Assembly: GCA_036021505.1 (NCBI GenBank)
Contig: JAYXVV010000009.1
Span: 5,600-69,599, forward strand
Reading direction: 5' to 3'
Length of the DNA stretch: 64,000 nt
From: Myxococcota bacterium
GTDB taxonomy: Bacteria > Myxococcota_A > UBA796 > CAJQPC01
Shown: piece after piece, positions 61,481-64,000 of the stretch
How the letters are laid out: each line of letters starts with the position of its first letter
Position numbering within the stretch: position 1 is the stretch's first letter
Notes under the pieces: generated by a model
Told to the model about the DNA's origin: nothing
Database searches by the model: none
What the model saw: the letters and a program-made list of their open reading frames with translations, nothing else
Program-made: the position numbers and the translations under genes

Positions 61481-62337
61481 CTCCCTCGCTCGCAAACTGG
61501 GTCTCGCAAACCAAACCTGCACTCGAAGGGTTCTTTGAGAACCTGTTTCAGGATGCATGGCCGGAGTCCTTTGGCTCCATGTGCCGCTATCCGTTGCAGA
61601 GCGGTGGCAAACGGATGCGCCCTCTTTGGGTGTGTGCCGCCTACCAAGCGATTCGCGGCGATCGGAGTGTTCCTGAGGGTCTGCTGCATGCCGCAGCGGC
61701 CATGGAGTTGATTCACACCTACTCACTCGTTCACGATGATCTCCCTTGCATGGATGACGACGCCTTGCGTCGAGGCCGTCCTACCGTGCACATCGAATAC
61801 GGTGAAGGACCTGCGGTTTTGGTCGGCGACGCCCTGCTGACTGAGGCCTTTGGGTTGGCCCTTCGGGCTCCAGGACTGAGTGATGCTCAGCGGGTCCAAA
61901 TCGCGCAAGAATTGGCTCATGTCTCCGGCTATTTGGGGATGATTGGGGGACAAGCCGCTGACGTTGGCCTGGGTGGCTCCATTGAAGACGTGGAGACCTT
62001 GACCCGACTTCACCAGGGCAAAACGGGTGCACTGATTCGAGGTTCATGCCGACTGGGTGCCTTTGTCGCAGGTGCAAACGAAGACGAGCTTCAGGCACTC
62101 ACTGCTCACGGTGAAGCCATTGGTCTTGCCTTCCAGCTCGCCGACGATGTCCTCGATGCCGAGGAAGATGCGGGCGATGACGGTCCACCCTCCTACGTCA
62201 AGCTCATGGGATTGGAGCCGTGCAAAGCCAAGGCAGACAGCCTTTTCCAAGAAAGTCTGCAAGCCCTGGGGCGGTTTGGAGAGCAAGCCGCGATTCTCCG
62301 GGAGCTTGCGGCGTACACCATCCAGCGCGAGATCTGA
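61477..62337 (+). CDS. ispA: polyprenyl (farnesyl/geranylgeranyl) diphosphate synthase
   Basis: First DDxxD HDDLPCMDDDALRRGRPT, KTGAL, second DDxxD QLADDVLD. The GTG start overlaps the exbD TGA (GTGA). Confidence 0.9.
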   Translation: MTPSLANWVSQTKPALEGFFENLFQDAWPESFGSMCRYPLQSGGKRMRPLWVCAAYQAIRGDRSVPEGLLHAAAAMELIHTYSLVHDDLPCMDDDALRRGRPTVHIEYGEGPAVLVGDALLTEAFGLALRAPGLSDAQRVQIAQELAHVSGYLGMIGGQAADVGLGGSIEDVETLTRLHQGKTGALIRGSCRLGAFVAGANEDELQALTAHGEAIGLAFQLADDVLDAEEDAGDDGPPSYVKLMGLEPCKAKADSLFQESLQALGRFGEQAAILRELAAYTIQREI

Positions 62338-63068
62338 TGAAAAAGCGACTCGACGTCTTGCTTGTCGAGCGGGGTCTAGCACCCAGTCGCCAACGGGCTC
62401 AAGCCTACATCCTCGCGGGCAAGGTCTTAGTCGACGATCGGCCATCGACCAAGGCCGGCACACGCTTCAAGGACGATGTGGAGATCCGCGTGAAGAGCCC
62501 CGACCATGAGTTTGTCTCCCGCGGTGGCCTCAAACTCCTCGGGGCGATTGAGGCCTTCAAGGTGTCCATCTCAGGGCGAATTGCCGCCGACCTCGGCGCA
62601 TCCACCGGGGGGTTCACCGACTGTCTGCTGCAGCACGATGCCGCAAAAGTCTTTGCCATCGATGTCGGATACGGCCAGTTGGCCTGGAAAATCCGTCAAG
62701 ATGAGAGAGTTGTGGTCATGGAGCGGACCAATGCCCGCCACCTGCAGTCCCTCGAGGAGCCGGTCGATCTGGTTGTGGGAGACTTGAGCTTCATCTCCTT
62801 GCGCCTGATCCTTCCCGCAATCGCTCGCATTGCAGCGCCCCGCTCCGACTGCCTTCTTCTCGTCAAACCCCAGTTCGAGGTCGGCCGAGAAGCCATTGCA
62901 AAGGGTGGCGTCGTGAGCGAGGCCAGCGAGCGCGAGGCGGCTGTTCAGCAGGTGCTGGACGATGCTGAGGCCCTTGGCTTTGAGGCTCTTGGGCACATGG
63001 AGTCCCCCATCCAGGGCGCTAAATCAGGGAACATCGAGTACCTGGTTCATCTTCGCACCTCAGCCTGA
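62337..63068 (+). CDS. tlyA: TlyA-family rRNA (cytidine-2'-O)-methyltransferase
   Basis: S4 domain KKRLDVLLVERGL..SRQRAQAYI. FVSRGGLKL, DLGASTGGFTD, DLSFISL, LVKPQFE. The ATG overlaps the ispA TGA by 1 nt. Confidence 0.88.
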   Translation: MKKRLDVLLVERGLAPSRQRAQAYILAGKVLVDDRPSTKAGTRFKDDVEIRVKSPDHEFVSRGGLKLLGAIEAFKVSISGRIAADLGASTGGFTDCLLQHDAAKVFAIDVGYGQLAWKIRQDERVVVMERTNARHLQSLEEPVDLVVGDLSFISLRLILPAIARIAAPRSDCLLLVKPQFEVGREAIAKGGVVSEASEREAAVQQVLDDAEALGFEALGHMESPIQGAKSGNIEYLVHLRTSA

Positions 63069-63112
63069 AGCCATGCTATCGTCGAGCTTCGTCACCGACC
63101 GCGGAGTCTTTC

Positions 63113-64000
63113 GTGAAAGTCCTTCTCTCTGCCTTCTTTCTTCTTCCCGCTTGCAACTGGGTCAGCCAGGCTGACATCGACGACAGGCTCACCCAACTCG
63201 ACGATGATGGAGACGGCTTCACGCGAGATGGAGGCGGTGATCCTGCCCTTGTGGATTGCGACGATACCGATCGCGACATCTACCCCGGAGCCGAGGAAAT
63301 CTGGTACGACGGCGTCGACTCCAACTGTCTGGGCGACGACGACTACGATCAAGATGGAGACGGCTTTGCCTCTGCTGTCGAGAGTGCCGACGGCACCGAC
63401 TGCGATGACCTTGAGGCGAGCACCAACCCCGACGCCACCGAGACCTGGTACGATGGGGTCGACTCCGACTGCTTGGGCGACGACGACTACGACCAAGATG
63501 GCGACGGATTCGCATCCGCTGCGGAGAGTGCCGACGGCACCGACTGCGACGATCTCGAGGCGAACACCAACCCCGCGGCCACCGAGACCTGGTACGACGG
63601 AGTCGACTCCGACTGCCTGGGCGACGACGACTACGACCAAGATGGTGACGGGTTCCTGGCCGCCGATGAAGCCCCAGGGGGTACAGACTGCGACGATCTC
63701 GAGGCGAGCACCAACCCCGCGGCCACCGAGACCTGGTACGACGGAGTCGACTCCGACTGCTTGGGCGACGACGACTACGACCAGGATGGCGACGGTTTTG
63801 CCTCCGCTGCCGAGACCACCGACGGCACCGACTGCTATGACATCGACGCGGAGGCCTACCCGGGGGCCATGGAGGATCTGAGCGAGTCCCTCATCGATCA
63901 CGACTGCGATGGCTCAGCCAGCAGCGTTGGGCTCTATTGGGACAGCTCTCTCCAGTGGAACGGTGTGGGTTCGATACGCTTGGGGGAGACCAGCGACCGC
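63113..64000 (+). CDS. lipoprotein with MopE-like 'putative metal-binding motif' repeats (3' end outside window)
   Basis: This ORF is not in the track because it has a GTG start and no stop in the window. My own translation is VKVLLSAFFLLPAC..., then repeated DCDD..NP.A.E.WYDGVDSDCLGDDDYDQDGDGF units. The frame is open to base 64000. Confidence 0.7.
   Translation, partial: MKVLLSAFFLLPACNWVSQADIDDRLTQLDDDGDGFTRDGGGDPALVDCDDTDRDIYPGAEEIWYDGVDSNCLGDDDYDQDGDGFASAVESADGTDCDDLEASTNPDATETWYDGVDSDCLGDDDYDQDGDGFASAAESADGTDCDDLEANTNPAATETWYDGVDSDCLGDDDYDQDGDGFLAADEAPGGTDCDDLEASTNPAATETWYDGVDSDCLGDDDYDQDGDGFASAAETTDGTDCYDIDAEAYPGAMEDLSESLIDHDCDGSASSVGLYWDSSLQWNGVGSIRLGETSDR
63254..63829 (+). repeat. 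four tandem 144-nt (48-aa) coding repeats, plus a partial fifth
   Basis: Units begin at aa 48, 96, 144 and 192 of the ORF (DCDD...DGT). The copies are highly similar at the nucleotide level. Confidence 0.85.

Noticed and set aside
63092-63901. Long ORFs in other frames and strands over the 144-nt repeats (63092-63901 minus, 63204-63881 plus, 63219-63515 minus)
   Set aside because: They give low-complexity Thr/Pro/Arg or Val/Gly products. The frame starting at the GTG at 63113 gives a signal peptide and a recognisable Asp/Cys repeat motif.

Overview
This is a GC-rich, very gene-dense bacterial chromosomal window. It holds about 60 protein genes, two tRNA-Ser genes and an SRP RNA. Many neighbouring genes overlap by 1-4 nt at start/stop codons, and several convergent genes share stop codons. 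Content is mostly housekeeping plus envelope and signalling genes. The flavour is Myxococcota/Bdellovibrionota-like (double-FHA sigma-54 activator, ECF sigma/anti-sigma pair, hybrid histidine kinase, pseudokinase-PP2C fusion, many lipobox lipoproteins, an Asp/Cys-rich MopE-like repeat protein, bacterial XPB), but taxonomy cannot be proven from this sequence. I see no CRISPR array, integrase, active transposase or prophage. Confidently recognised genes are pilT, recR, dnaX, ffs, tadA, a flagellin, gpsA, codA, selB, tgt, lgt, rfbB-like, dam, pruA, XPB helicase, xseB, tonB-exbB-exbD-exbD, ispA and tlyA. The most unusual object is a 1855-aa DUF342/FapA-like protein (52890-58457, minus strand). Its N-terminal FapA-type module occurs in nine diverged tandem copies ahead of a single beta-helix/coiled-coil core. 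Together with a Ton module, it sits inside what is normally a contiguous xseB-ispA-tlyA cluster. Other items worth a second look are an XPB helicase with an Arg-rich partner carrying an XPB-N-terminal-like and a WYL-like domain, an orphan Dam methylase in a glycosyltransferase operon next to a PEP-utilising enzyme, an isolated minimal flagellin beside a double-FHA sigma-54 activator, and a lipoprotein with 33 consecutive Asp-Ala dipeptides. All family calls were made by eye from motifs, with no searches run. Start codons are best guesses; the ORF track shows GTG/TTG starts as M.
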